32,000 nt of DNA from Candidatus Saccharimonadota bacterium (GTDB lineage: Bacteria > Bacteroidota > Bacteroidia > Flavobacteriales > Blattabacteriaceae): positions 150,001 to 182,000 of the forward strand of contig NZ_CP093908.1 of the NCBI RefSeq assembly GCF_024818015.1. Direction: 5' to 3'. A program made the translations under genes and the position numbers. Positions 1 through 11,453 of this stretch are shown in pieces. Within the stretch, counting starts at the first letter, position 1; each line of letters opens with the position of its first letter. The notes under the pieces were generated by a model. It did no database searches and was not told the DNA's origin. It worked only from the letters and a program-made list of their open reading frames with translations.

Positions 1-599
1 TTCTATTATAAATATTTTAGATCCTATCTTATTATAAAAATAAGCAAATTCTAAACCAATAGCTCCAGATCCTATAATTAATATATTTTTAGGTATATAT
101 TTTAATAACATTGCTTCACGATAACCAATGAGGGTTGATAATTTTTTTACTGTCTTCAAAATTTGATATTTAGCTCCCGTGGCAATAATTATATTTAAAG
201 CATTATATGTTTTTTTCTTTCCATATTTATCTATAACAGAAACTATTTTGTTTTTACAAATTTTAGCTTCACCATATAAGATTTTTATCTTATTTTTTTT
301 TATTAAATATAAAACTCCTTTATTAAGACTATCTGATATATAACGACTACGTAAAATAATTTTTTTAAAATCTAATTTTAGATTATTAGTAATAATTCCA
401 TATTTTGAAGCTTTTTTAAAACTATTAAAAATATTTGCACTTTTTAATAATGATTTGGTAGGTATACATCCCCAATTAAGACATACACCTCCAAGATTTT
501 CTTTTTCTACAATAGCAGTTTGTAATCCTAATTGTGCTGCACGTATTGCAGCTACATAACCTCCAGGACCACTTCCAATTATAATTAAGTCAAAATACA
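1..599 (-). CDS. lpdA: Dihydrolipoyl dehydrogenase (E3 component), N-terminal ~200 codons; the rest lies left of the window
   Basis: Hand translation of the minus strand from the ATG (rc of 597-599) gives MYFDLIIIGSGPGGYVAAIRAAQLGLQTAIVEKENLGGVCLNWGCIPTKSLLKSAN... It has the FAD-binding GxGxxG motif, the redox-active CxxxxC disulfide, and a second GSGAIGLE NAD-binding motif near position 1. The frame stays open to the window edge. It is absent from the ORF track only because it is truncated. Confidence 0.9.
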
Positions 600-621
600 T
601 AAATAATTATTAATAACTTAG

Positions 622-708
622 TACTCACGACTGGATTTGAACCAGCAAATCTTAATAAAAGATACTACCACCTCAAGGTAGCGTGTATACCAATTTCACC
701 ACGTGAGT
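622..708 (-). tRNA. tRNA-Leu, anticodon GAG, type II with long variable arm
   Basis: The reverse complement folds as a cloverleaf. Acceptor is ACTCACG/CGTGAGT with discriminator A. Anticodon stem is CTACC/GGTAG with loop TTGAGGT. The variable arm pairs ATCTT/AAGAT. The T arm is GCTGG-TTCAAAT-CCAGT. No CCA is encoded. Confidence 0.85.
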
Positions 709-713
709 TGAGT

Positions 714-1091
714 CTAAACTTTTGTTATATTTTTTAATTTTTTTATTCTATTTTTCCACCACATTTTAGATTTTTTTATTTCAGTTTTTATAGCAAAATC
801 TGTTATTTTAAGATAAACATTTTTTGTTATATTATTTTTTTTAATAAAAAATTCAAAATAATATTTGTTATCAAAATCTTGTTTCCATTTATATCTTACT
901 AATTTATAAGGTATTTTTTTTATTAAAAAACATGTTGCATCATAATTATACCAAGTAAAAATATATCTATTTCCAATAGAAATAACATTATCTGCCAACC
1001 ATTCAGACAATTTGACAGGGGCAGTTATATAATTATATAATAATTCAGTTGAAGAATTCATTAAAAATGAAATTTTTGTTTTTTTTCGCAT
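714..1091 (-). CDS. Small conserved hypothetical protein, START-like / SRPBCC-superfamily domain (tentative)
   Basis: 125-aa ORF. The segments ELLYNYITAPVKLSEWLADNV..., YFEFFI, ITKNVYLKITDFA and KMWWKNRIKKLK match my recollection of the ~130-aa START-like domain proteins of Bacteroidota. No search was run. Confidence 0.5.
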   Translation of the reverse strand: MRKKTKISFLMNSSTELLYNYITAPVKLSEWLADNVISIGNRYIFTWYNYDATCFLIKKIPYKLVRYKWKQDFDNKYYFEFFIKKNNITKNVYLKITDFAIKTEIKKSKMWWKNRIKKLKNITKV

Positions 1092-1122
1092 GTTAAATTT
1101 AAATTTATTGATAATATACGTG

Positions 1123-1196
1123 GGCGTGATAGCTCATTCGGTTAGAGCGTCGGATTCATAACCCGGAGGGTGCCGGTTCAATTCCGGCTCACGCTA
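1123..1196 (+). tRNA. tRNA with CAU anticodon (elongator Met, or Ile2 if lysidine-modified); not an initiator type
   Basis: 74-nt cloverleaf. Acceptor GGCGTGA/TCACGCT with 1:72 paired. D arm GCTC/GAGC. Anticodon loop TTCATAA. T arm GCCGG-TTCAATT-CCGGC. There is an A31:C39 mismatch in the anticodon stem. Confidence 0.85.
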
Positions 1197-1219
1197 CAGT
1201 GGATTAAAATATATGATCT

Positions 1220-3886
1220 ATGGATAGATATTCTTTCCTAAACACAATCAATCACCAACAAATAGAAATTTTATATAAAAAATACCTAGAAGATCCAGAT
1301 TCAATAGAACATAGTTGGCGTGCTTTTTTTCAAGGATTTGATTTCTATAAAGAAAAATATGACTTTTGTAAGTTTAGAAAAAAATCTGTATCAATAGATA
1401 AAGAAATTAATGTTTTAAAATTAATTAATTTTTATAAAAAAGAAGGTCATTTATTTGCTAAAATAAATCCTATATCAGAAAAAATCTATTATCCTACACC
1501 GACATTAAAAAAATTTTGTCTTGAGAAAGAGGATCTTGATAAGATTTTTTTTTCTTCAAAAGAAATTGGATTGCCTCCATGTACTCTTAGAGAGATAATT
1601 GTTTTTTTAAAAAACAGATATTGTGAATCAATTGGATTAGAATATATGTATTTATATAACCCAGAACAAATAAATTGGATTAATAACTGGATTAATAATT
1701 CTAATAATAGATTATATAATAATGAGAAATTTCAAATATTAATAAATCTAAATAAAGCAACAAAGTTTGAAAAATTTATTCATACCAAATTTGTTGGACA
1801 AAAAAGATTTTCAATAGAAGGTAATGAATCTATTTTACCAGCGATAAATTATATAATAGAATATTCTTCGATTAATTATCCAATAAAAGATTTTGTTATA
1901 GGTATGTCACATAGAGGACGTTTAAATATATTATGTAATATACTAAAAAAAAATTGTAAAAAACTTTTTAGTGAATTTTTTGGAAAAGAATATATTGAAA
2001 AAACTTTTTTAGGAGATGTTAAATATCATTTAGGAGATAACATTTATCTAAAAAATAAAATAGGAAGAGAAATTAATATTATAAATGTTCCTAATTCATC
2101 TCATTTAGAATCTGTATATCCAATTGTAGAAGGAATTGTTCGTGCTAAAATTGATAATGATTATAATTGTAACTTTAATAAAGTGATTCCCATCCTTATA
2201 CATGGAGATGCAGCTTTTTCTGCTCAAGGAATAGCATATGAAGTTATACAAATGTCATTACTTGAAGGCTATAAGACTGGTGGAACTATACATATTATAG
2301 TAAATAATCAAATTGGATTTACTACAAATTGCTCAGATTCTCGTTCAAGTATTTATTGTACAGATTTAGCTAAAGTCATTCTTTCTCCAGTTATACATGT
2401 TAATTCAGATGATGTAGAATCAGTTATTTATTCTATTCGTTTTGCTATAGATTTTCGTATGTCATATAATCAAGATGTATTTGTAGATTTATTAGGTTAT
2501 AGAAAATATGGACATAATGAAGGAGATGACCCGCGTTTTACTCAACCAAATTTTTATCAAATTATTGATAATAATAAAAATATATATAAAAACAAACTTA
2601 AGAAATTAATCTATAAAAAAAAAATTAAATTTTCTGAAAAAAAATATAAAAATTATCTCAATAATGGATTAATTAAATCTAAATTTGAAATAAAAACTAA
2701 GTTAGATAATTTTCTAATTGCTAAAGTATTAATTAATGTAGTTAAAACTAACTTTAAGAAAAATCTATTATTAAAAATAGGTAATAAAATTTATAATGTT
2801 CTTAAGAAGAAAAACATTTATAATAAAACTGAAAAATTTTTCAAAATCAAAAACAAAAAACTGTTAAAAACAGAAACTGTAGATTGGGGGATAGCTGAAT
2901 TACTTGCATATGGGTCTTTATTATATGAAGGTTATAATATTAGATTATCTGGAGAAGATGTAGAAAGAGGAACTTTTGCACATAGACATATTGTCATTAT
3001 TTCAGAATTTGAAGAAAAGATATATTTATTAAATAATATCCGGAATGGACAAGGGAAATTATATGTTTATAATTCTTTATTATCAGAATATGGAGTTTTA
3101 GGTTTTGAATATGGATATTCAATGTTTAATACAAATACTTTAACAGTATGGGAAGCTCAATTTGGTGATTTTAGTAATAGTGCTCAAATTATAATAGATC
3201 AATATTTATCTTCTGCGGAAACTAAATGGAAAATAAAAAATAGTATAGTTCTACTTTTACCTCATGGTGATGAAGGTCAAGGATCAGAACATTCTTCTTC
3301 AAGAATTGAAAGATATTTACAATTATGTGCATACTATAACATGTTTATATGTAATTGTAGTACTCCATCAAATTTTTATCATCTTTTAAGAAGACAAATA
3401 AAATTTGATTTTATCAAACCATTAATAATATTTACACCCAAAAGTTTATTGAGAAATATTCAATGCATTTCATCATTAAGTGAACTTTATAATGGAAAAT
3501 TTGAAGAATTTATAGATGATAAATATGTAATTAAAAATTATGTAGATACATTAGTATTTTGCTCTGGAAAAATTTATTATGATCTTTTTAAAAAAAGAAA
3601 AATTCTTAATAAAAAAAATATTGCAATTATAAGAATTGAACAATTATATCCAATAATCAATAATTTATTTGAAAAAATACTTAGACAGTATACAAATAAA
3701 AGAAAAATTATTTGGGTACAAGAAGAACCAGAAAATATGGGAGTATGGCCTTATTTGTTTAGAAAATATAGTAAAATTCCATGGATACTTATATCCCCCA
3801 CTGAAAGTTCAGCACCTTCTATTGGAAGAAATAATTTTTTTTTAAAAACCTATTTAAAATTAATAAATAAAGTATTTAATACATAA
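1220..3886 (+). CDS. sucA: 2-oxoglutarate dehydrogenase E1 component
   Basis: 888-aa ORF with the ThDP-enzyme motifs [10 protein letters not shown] and [16 protein letters not shown] and the N-terminal [16 protein letters not shown]. It lies directly upstream of the E2 gene. Confidence 0.93.
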   Translation: MDRYSFLNTINHQQIEILYKKYLEDPDSIEHSWRAFFQGFDFYKEKYDFCKFRKKSVSIDKEINVLKLINFYKKEGHLFAKINPISEKIYYPTPTLKKFCLEKEDLDKIFFSSKEIGLPPCTLREIIVFLKNRYCESIGLEYMYLYNPEQINWINNWINNSNNRLYNNEKFQILINLNKATKFEKFIHTKFVGQKRFSIEGNESILPAINYIIEYSSINYPIKDFVIGMSHRGRLNILCNILKKNCKKLFSEFFGKEYIEKTFLGDVKYHLGDNIYLKNKIGREINIINVPNSSHLESVYPIVEGIVRAKIDNDYNCNFNKVIPILIHGDAAFSAQGIAYEVIQMSLLEGYKTGGTIHIIVNNQIGFTTNCSDSRSSIYCTDLAKVILSPVIHVNSDDVESVIYSIRFAIDFRMSYNQDVFVDLLGYRKYGHNEGDDPRFTQPNFYQIIDNNKNIYKNKLKKLIYKKKIKFSEKKYKNYLNNGLIKSKFEIKTKLDNFLIAKVLINVVKTNFKKNLLLKIGNKIYNVLKKKNIYNKTEKFFKIKNKKLLKTETVDWGIAELLAYGSLLYEGYNIRLSGEDVERGTFAHRHIVIISEFEEKIYLLNNIRNGQGKLYVYNSLLSEYGVLGFEYGYSMFNTNTLTVWEAQFGDFSNSAQIIIDQYLSSAETKWKIKNSIVLLLPHGDEGQGSEHSSSRIERYLQLCAYYNMFICNCSTPSNFYHLLRRQIKFDFIKPLIIFTPKSLLRNIQCISSLSELYNGKFEEFIDDKYVIKNYVDTLVFCSGKIYYDLFKKRKILNKKNIAIIRIEQLYPIINNLFEKILRQYTNKRKIIWVQEEPENMGVWPYLFRKYSKIPWILISPTESSAPSIGRNNFFLKTYLKLINKVFNT

Positions 3887-3890
3887 ATTA

Positions 3891-4997
3891 ATGTTATTAG
3901 AAATAACAATTCCATCTCCTGGAGAATCAATAACAGAAGTTGAAATATCATCTTGGTTAGTTAAAGATGGGGATTTTGTAAAAAAAAATCAAGTAATTGC
4001 AGAAATAGATTCAGATAAGGCAACTTTAGAAATACGTGCAGAAGAAAGTGGAATTTTAATTATAAAAGCTAAAAAAGGAGAAATTTTAAAAGTCGGAGAA
4101 AGATTATGTTTAATAGATACTTCTAAAAAAGAACCATCAGAAAAAAATTCTACATCTCCATCAGCAAAAAAAATATTAAGTCAATATAAAATATATAATA
4201 AAATAGCCCCAAAAAAACATGATGCTATTAAAGCAATTCCGTCTATGGGAACTAAAAGTTTAATTAATAGATCTTTTAACGTAAAAAGATTATCTAAACT
4301 TAGACGTAAATTATCAGAAAGACTTGTTTCAGTAAAAAATGAAACAGCTATGCTGACTACTTTTAATGAAGTAGATATGAGTCAGATTTTGTTTTTAAAA
4401 ACAAAATATAAAGATGTTTTTAAAGAAAAACATGGAGTTAATTTAGGATTTATGCCTTTTTTTGTAAAATCTTGTATAAAAGCGTTAAAAGAATATCCTA
4501 ATATTCATTCTATGATAGATAGGGAAAATCAAATTAATTTTAATTATTATGATGTAAGTATTGCCGTTTCTGGACCTAAAGGATTAATGGTGCCAGTTAT
4601 TAGAAATGCAGATACTCTTTCTTTTAGAGGTATAGAAAAAACTATAAAAGATTTATCTAATCGTATTAAAAATTCAACCATATCTATAGATGATATGACT
4701 GGAGGTACTTTTACAATAACAAATGGAGGAATTTTTGGTTCTATGTTATCTACTCCTATAATAAATCCCCCCCAAAGTGCTATATTAGGTATGCATAATA
4801 TAGTAGAAAGACCGGCAGTCATTTTAGGAAAAATCGAAATTAGACCAATTATGTATTTAGCATTATCTTATGATCATAGAATCATAGATGGTAAAGAAGC
4901 AGTAGGTTTTTTATTTTCAATAAAGAAATCAATAGAAAATCCTATTAAGACTTTAATAGGTTCAGAAAACGAATTAAATAATTATTTTGAATTATAA
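3891..4997 (+). CDS. sucB: Dihydrolipoamide succinyltransferase, E2 component of 2-oxoglutarate dehydrogenase
   Basis: N-terminal lipoyl domain ([11 protein letters not shown]), a very short putative E3-binding segment (SPSAKKIL...), and a catalytic domain with [13 protein letters not shown]. Confidence 0.93.
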   Translation: MLLEITIPSPGESITEVEISSWLVKDGDFVKKNQVIAEIDSDKATLEIRAEESGILIIKAKKGEILKVGERLCLIDTSKKEPSEKNSTSPSAKKILSQYKIYNKIAPKKHDAIKAIPSMGTKSLINRSFNVKRLSKLRRKLSERLVSVKNETAMLTTFNEVDMSQILFLKTKYKDVFKEKHGVNLGFMPFFVKSCIKALKEYPNIHSMIDRENQINFNYYDVSIAVSGPKGLMVPVIRNADTLSFRGIEKTIKDLSNRIKNSTISIDDMTGGTFTITNGGIFGSMLSTPIINPPQSAILGMHNIVERPAVILGKIEIRPIMYLALSYDHRIIDGKEAVGFLFSIKKSIENPIKTLIGSENELNNYFEL

Positions 4998-5435
4998 TTT
5001 ATCCAATTTTTCTTTTTCAAAGTATTTATTTTTTATTGATTGACGTTTATCATAATTTTTTTTACTTTTAGCTAAAAAAAAAATTAATTTGATATATCCT
5101 CTCTCATTTAGAAAAATCTGAGTAGGAATTATATTGAATTTTAAATCATTTATTTTATTATAAATCAAATTAATTTCTTTTCTTTTAAGAAGAAGTTTTT
5201 TCACCCTTTTAGGATGAAAATTCATTCCAAGTAAATAATTTGATACATACATATCAAAAACATAAATATTATTTTTTATTAGTTTACAATAACTATTGTT
5301 TAAAGAAACGTTATTATTTTTTATTGATTTTACCTCACTTCCTAATAATTCTAGACCAGCTATAAATTTATATTTATTTATTAATTCATAGTCAAAATAT
5401 GCTCTTCTATTATTAATATTTAATTTCTTTACCAA
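4992..5435 (-). CDS. smpB: SsrA (tmRNA)-binding protein SmpB
   Basis: 147 aa. [31 protein letters not shown] matches the SmpB N-terminal signature. The start codon is TTG (rc of 5433-5435). Confidence 0.88.
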   Translation of the reverse strand: MVKKLNINNRRAYFDYELINKYKFIAGLELLGSEVKSIKNNNVSLNNSYCKLIKNNIYVFDMYVSNYLLGMNFHPKRVKKLLLKRKEINLIYNKINDLKFNIIPTQIFLNERGYIKLIFFLAKSKKNYDKRQSIKNKYFEKEKLDKL

Positions 5436-5444
5436 ATTTTAATT

Positions 5445-5747
5445 ATGTTTTATGACTTTAAAAAAAGTATTATTTATGAAATAATATCTGTATTAAAATC
5501 TATACAGGATCCAGAAATATCAGTAGATATATATGAATTAGGTCTTATATATGATATAAGAATATCAAATAATTTCTTTATAAATATAATAATGACTCTT
5601 ACTAGCCCTAATTGTCCTGTAGTTGAAATTTTACCTTTAAAAGTAAAAAATAAAATTTTTAATATTAAAAATGTTAAAAATGTAGAAATAATACTTACAT
5701 TTTATCCTAATTGGACTTATAATATGATAAGTAGCTTAATGATTTAA
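5445..5747 (+). CDS. DUF59 / MIP18-family Fe-S cluster assembly protein (SufT-like)
   Basis: 100 aa. VLKSIQDPEISVDIYELGLIYDI...MTLTSPNCPV is the typical DUF59 pattern (DPE...I..LGL.Y and T...CP). Confidence 0.65.
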   Translation: MFYDFKKSIIYEIISVLKSIQDPEISVDIYELGLIYDIRISNNFFINIIMTLTSPNCPVVEILPLKVKNKIFNIKNVKNVEIILTFYPNWTYNMISSLMI

Positions 5748-5821
5748 AGAAAATTTTTTTTTATAAAAAATTTATATTATATTAATAATATATATTATAT
5801 ATTTAAATTAAATTAAATGAT

Positions 5822-5923
5822 ATGATAGATAAGATAGATAAGCATAAGCATATGATAGATAAGCATATGATAGATAAGCATATGATAGATAAGCATATGA
5901 TAGATAAGCATAATACTAATACT
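5822..5923 (+). repeat. Tandem repeat of 15-bp unit ATGATAGATAAGCAT, followed by a 6-bp duplication
   Basis: Four perfect copies lie at 5852-5911, preceded by a degenerate copy at 5822-5851. A 6-bp duplication, aatactaatact, follows at 5912-5923. All were read directly. Each unit carries an in-frame ATG. Confidence 0.95.
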
Positions 5924-6472
5924 CTAGAAATTAAGGGATTGGTAAAAACTATATTTGAGGTTAAACATTTCAAAAATGTATTTCAAAAAAGAGAAATCCT
6001 TCTATTAACAGAAGAGCAATATCCACAAAAAATAATAATTGAATTTATTCAAGACAAAGTCAAAATATTAGATTTTGTGGTAGAAGGAGATAGAATAAAA
6101 GTTTTTATAAATTTAAAAGGGAGAAAATGGATTTCCTCTGATGGAACAGAAAAATATTTTAATTCTATTCAAGGTTGGAAAATTGAAAAACTTGAAAGGG
6201 AATCGGAATCTGAAGGTGAATCTGAATCGGAATCTGAAGGTGAATCTGAATCTGAAGGTGAATCGGAAGGGGAATCCGAATCTGAAGGTGAATCGGAAGG
6301 GGAATCGGAATCGGAATCGGAAGGGGAATCGGAATCTGAATCTGAATCTGAAGGTGAATCGGAAGGGGAATCTGAATCTGAATCGGAATCTGAATCTGAA
6401 TCTGAATTTGAATTTGAAGAAAAACCCCTTCCCCCAAAAAAAGGGGAAGGTCTAGAAGATTTTCCTTTTTAA
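5822..6472 (+). CDS. DUF3127-type (putative OB-fold-like) protein with an N-terminal MIDKH repeat, a ~70-aa E/S/G acidic low-complexity region and a C-terminal SSB-like EDFPF tip
   Basis: 216-aa ORF. The core [13 protein letters not shown]...[22 protein letters not shown]...INLKGRKW...[14 protein letters not shown] matches my recollection of the Bacteroidota DUF3127 family. There is no in-frame Met downstream of the repeat, so translation must start at one of the repeat ATGs (5822, 5852, 5867, 5882 or 5897). Confidence 0.6.
   Translation: MIDKIDKHKHMIDKHMIDKHMIDKHMIDKHNTNTLEIKGLVKTIFEVKHFKNVFQKREILLLTEEQYPQKIIIEFIQDKVKILDFVVEGDRIKVFINLKGRKWISSDGTEKYFNSIQGWKIEKLERESESEGESESESEGESESEGESEGESESEGESEGESESESEGESESESESEGESEGESESESESESESEFEFEEKPLPPKKGEGLEDFPF
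6200..6418 (+). repeat. Imperfect hexanucleotide/dodecanucleotide coding repeat (GAATCN GAAKSN)n encoding (ESEG/ESES)n
   Basis: About 36 consecutive GAA-NNN hexamers were read directly. The tract is visibly more GC-rich than its surroundings. The unit variants differ mostly at synonymous third positions. Confidence 0.95.
6427..6450. terminator. GC-rich hairpin, candidate bidirectional terminator between convergent genes
   Basis: The stem is CCTTCCCC (6427-6434) pairing with GGGGAAGG (6443-6450), 8 bp. The loop is C plus A7. The hairpin lies inside the last codons of the DUF3127-type ORF. On the minus strand it is followed by GGTTTTCTTC. It sits between that ORF and the convergent groEL. The function is inferred only. 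Confidence 0.3.
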
Positions 6473-6487
6473 TGCTTTAAAAGGGGG

Positions 6488-8439
<1,952 letters not shown>

Positions 8440-8452
<13 letters not shown>

Positions 8453-8655
8453 ATTCTTTTAATATTGTTTGAGATAATAATTAATATTATCAATATTAAT
8501 GATAATATAAAGGTAAGTTTTTCTAAAAACAATTGTATCTTTCTATTTCCCTTTACCAACTTAGACGTTTGTATAAACAGAAAAAATATTAAGAATAAAC
8601 ATATTATTAGAATTGATAATTCTATAATAGAATAAATGATAATTATTTTAATCAT
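8440..8655 (-). CDS. Small two-TM membrane protein, possible preprotein translocase subunit SecG
   Basis: From ATG 8655, giving [37 protein letters not shown]...[18 protein letters not shown]. The layout is two hydrophobic helices flanking a Q..K..G / FL.K.T loop, as in SecG. The ATG overlaps the miaB stop as ATGA, and the 3' end overlaps the groES start by 13 nt. The position upstream of groES fits my recollection of Bacteroidota synteny. Composition bias could also produce such an ORF. Confidence 0.45.
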
Positions 8656-10019
8656 AATAATATATTTCCAACTAAAGTAGCCGATGTACAATTAGTAATT
8701 TTTACTTTTATAAAATATCCTATTTTAGAATTTTTTTTAGGAAATATGACTATATCATTTCCAGAATTTCTTCCATAAAAAAAATTAATATTCTTTGTTG
8801 AAATTCCCTCGATTAAAATATCTTGAAGACTATCAATAGATTTTATCTTTCTATAATAGGAATGTGTTTTTTGTAAATTTATGATTTCAGTTAATCGACG
8901 TTTTTTTGTGGATAATGAGACATTGTCAATTAATTTTTTATAAGCATAAGTCCCTATTCTATGTGAATATAGAAACATATATGAAAAGTTATATTTTACA
9001 TAATTCATTAAATGAAGGGTTTCATTATGATTATTTTGATTTTCATTACAAAATCCAGTGATTATGTCACAAGATAGAGAACAATTAGGTATAATATTTC
9101 TAATTTTCTTTATAAGAAAAATGTAATCTACATATGTATGTTTTCTATTCATTAATGATAATATTCTATTACTTCCTGATTGAACTGGTAAATGAATATG
9201 TTTACATATATTAATATATTTTTTAATTACGTTTAAAACATTATCTGACATGTCATTAGGATTAGAAGTCCAAAAACGTATTCTCATAAGAGGTACAGAA
9301 ATAGCAACTAATTCTAGTAATTTAGAAAAATTTATGATTTCTTCATTTTTTATTTCTTTTCTTTTCAAATTTTTTTTTAATCCTCCTCCATACCAGAAAT
9401 ATGAATCTACATTTTGACCTAAAAGTATTATTTCTTTATATCCTTTTTTAAATAAAAATTTACATTCTTTTATAATACTATATGGATCACGACTTTTTTC
9501 ACGACCTCTTGTAAAAGGAACTACACAAAAAGTACACATATTATCACATCCCCGTATTATAGTAACAAATGCAGTTATTTTTTTTTCTTCCCTTTTAGGA
9601 ATAATATCAGCATAAGTTTCAGTTTTAGAAAATGAAGTACTTATATATTCTCCTTTTTTTTTAAAAAAATTATTTATTAAATTTGGAATTTCTCTATAAG
9701 AGTCAGGCCCTACTACTAAATGTTCTTTTATCTTTTTAAATTTTGAAGCCATACACCCTAATATACCAATTAAAATATTATTTTTTTTTATAATAAATTT
9801 GATTTGATTTATTCGTAAAAGAATTTTCTTCTCAGATTTTTCTCGAATCGAACATGTATTAATTAATATTATATTAGCTTCTTTTAAATTTTCAGTTTTA
9901 ATGAATCCTTTATTATCTAAAATAGAAGATACAATTTCATTATCAGAGATATTCATTTGACAACCATAATTTTCTATATAAAATTTTTTCTTTATCATAT
10001 GCACATAAATTAATTTCAT
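8652..10019 (-). CDS. miaB: tRNA-i6A37 methylthiotransferase MiaB (radical SAM)
   Basis: Has the N-terminal UPF0004 motif YGCQMN, the radical-SAM motif [11 protein letters not shown], and a C-terminal TRAM-like region. An alternative start at 9998 ([13 protein letters not shown]) is equally plausible. Confidence 0.88.
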   Translation of the reverse strand: MKLIYVHMIKKKFYIENYGCQMNISDNEIVSSILDNKGFIKTENLKEANIILINTCSIREKSEKKILLRINQIKFIIKKNNILIGILGCMASKFKKIKEHLVVGPDSYREIPNLINNFFKKKGEYISTSFSKTETYADIIPKREEKKITAFVTIIRGCDNMCTFCVVPFTRGREKSRDPYSIIKECKFLFKKGYKEIILLGQNVDSYFWYGGGLKKNLKRKEIKNEEIINFSKLLELVAISVPLMRIRFWTSNPNDMSDNVLNVIKKYINICKHIHLPVQSGSNRILSLMNRKHTYVDYIFLIKKIRNIIPNCSLSCDIITGFCNENQNNHNETLHLMNYVKYNFSYMFLYSHRIGTYAYKKLIDNVSLSTKKRRLTEIINLQKTHSYYRKIKSIDSLQDILIEGISTKNINFFYGRNSGNDIVIFPKKNSKIGYFIKVKITNCTSATLVGNILL

Positions 10020-10028
10020 TTATTAAAA

Positions 10029-11453
10029 ATGATAAAAAAAAAAAAGATAATATATAATTTTAATAATTCTGATTATAAATATGGATTTTATACTAAGATA
10101 GAATCAGAAAAAATTCCAAAAGGAATCAATGAAGATATTATAACTAAAATATCTAAAAAACAAAATGAACCTTATTGGATGTTAAAAATCAGATTAAAAT
10201 CATATAAAATATGGAAAAACATGATTCCTCCTAAATGGAGTAATATATCATATAAAATTCCTTATTTTAATAACATAAGTTATTATTCTGCTATAAAAAA
10301 AAATAAATTTCTTAAAAAAGAAATCGATAGTAAATTATTAGACACTTTTCAGAAATTAAATTTAAAATTTAAAAAATCAAAGATTGCATTAGAAATAATT
10401 ATGGATTCTGTTTCTGTTACTACAACTTTTAAAAAAATTTTATCAGAAAAAGGTATAATATTTTGTACTATTAGTAAGGCAATAAAGAAATATCCTTATC
10501 TTATAAAGAAATATATGGGTCAAATAGTTCCAATAAAAGATAATTTTTATTCAGCATTAAATTCAGCTGTTTTTTCTGATGGATCTTTTTGTTATATACC
10601 CAAAAATGTACGTTGTCCTGTAGAATTATCTACATATTTTCGTATAAATGAATCAGGAATCGGTCAATTTGAAAGAACACTTTTAATTGCTGATGAAAAT
10701 TCATATGTTAGTTATCTAGAAGGATGCACTGCTCCTCAGCGAAAAGAAAATCAATTACATGCTGCGGTTGTTGAATTAATAGCCTTAGAAGGTGCAGAAA
10801 TTAAATATTCTACTGTCCAAAATTGGTTTCCTGGAAATAAAAATGGAATAGGAGGAGTTTTAAATTTTGTAACTAAAAGAGGATTATGTGAAAAGAAATC
10901 TAAGATATCTTGGACTCAAATAGAAACTGGATCAGCTATAACTTGGAAATATCCCTCTTGTATTTTAAAAGGTAATAATTCAATAGGAGAATTTTATTCA
11001 GTAGCTTTTACAAAAAATTTTCAACAATCAGATACTGGCACTAAAATGATTCATATCGGAAAAAATACTAAAAGTACTATTATTTCAAAAGGTATATCAG
11101 CTGGATATTCTAAAAATAGTTATAGAGGATTAGTTTCTATTTCTTCTAAAGCTACTAATTCGCGTAATTTTTCACAGTGTGATTCTTTATTAATAGGTAA
11201 TACATGTAGTGCTCATACTTTTCCTTTTTTAAAAGGAAAAAATAATTCATCTAAAGTTGAACATGAAGCAACAACCTCGAAAATAGGAGAAGATCAAATC
11301 TTTTATTGTAATCAACGTGGAATTAATTTAGAAAAAGCAATTTCACTTATAGTAACTGGATTTAGTCAAGAAATTTTAGATAGATTACCTATGGAATTTG
11401 CAATAGAAGCAAGAAAATTATTAGAAATAAAATTAGAAGGTTCAGTCGGATAA
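10029..11453 (+). CDS. sufB: Fe-S cluster assembly scaffold SufB
   Basis: 474 aa. [43 protein letters not shown] and the C-terminal [22 protein letters not shown] are typical SufB segments. Confidence 0.92.
   Translation: MIKKKKIIYNFNNSDYKYGFYTKIESEKIPKGINEDIITKISKKQNEPYWMLKIRLKSYKIWKNMIPPKWSNISYKIPYFNNISYYSAIKKNKFLKKEIDSKLLDTFQKLNLKFKKSKIALEIIMDSVSVTTTFKKILSEKGIIFCTISKAIKKYPYLIKKYMGQIVPIKDNFYSALNSAVFSDGSFCYIPKNVRCPVELSTYFRINESGIGQFERTLLIADENSYVSYLEGCTAPQRKENQLHAAVVELIALEGAEIKYSTVQNWFPGNKNGIGGVLNFVTKRGLCEKKSKISWTQIETGSAITWKYPSCILKGNNSIGEFYSVAFTKNFQQSDTGTKMIHIGKNTKSTIISKGISAGYSKNSYRGLVSISSKATNSRNFSQCDSLLIGNTCSAHTFPFLKGKNNSSKVEHEATTSKIGEDQIFYCNQRGINLEKAISLIVTGFSQEILDRLPMEFAIEARKLLEIKLEGSVG

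Noticed and set aside
1673-1696. 12-bp duplication aattggattaat/aactggattaat in sucA (NWINNWINN)
   Set aside because: It is a two-copy imperfect micro-duplication in a variable, AT-rich linker of E1, indistinguishable from chance or slippage noise.
4547-4822. Antisense ORFs inside known genes (4547-4822, 15562-15891, 18233-18436, 18767-19060, 29089-29376, 30157-30348)
   Set aside because: Each lies wholly within a well-supported conserved gene on the other strand. Their products are low-complexity, hydrophobic translations typical of antisense frames. There is no independent support.
5852-5911. The 15-bp repeats as a DnaA-box cluster or replication origin (rc TTATCTATC resembles TTATCCACA)
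   Set aside because: Only 6 of 9 positions match the consensus. The repeats are in frame inside an ORF whose only start codons they supply. My recollection, unverified, is that this symbiont group lacks dnaA. AT-rich GATA-type strings are expected by chance.
6141-6455. 104-aa plus-strand ORF (NRNLKVNLN...) and 90-aa minus-strand ORF (6165-6437, PIQIQI...) across the ESEG repeat
   Set aside because: These are alternative-frame and antisense shadows of the hexamer repeat. Any frame of (GAATCNGAAGGN)n lacks stops. Only the frame continuous with the DUF3127-like core and the EDFPF tip makes biological sense.
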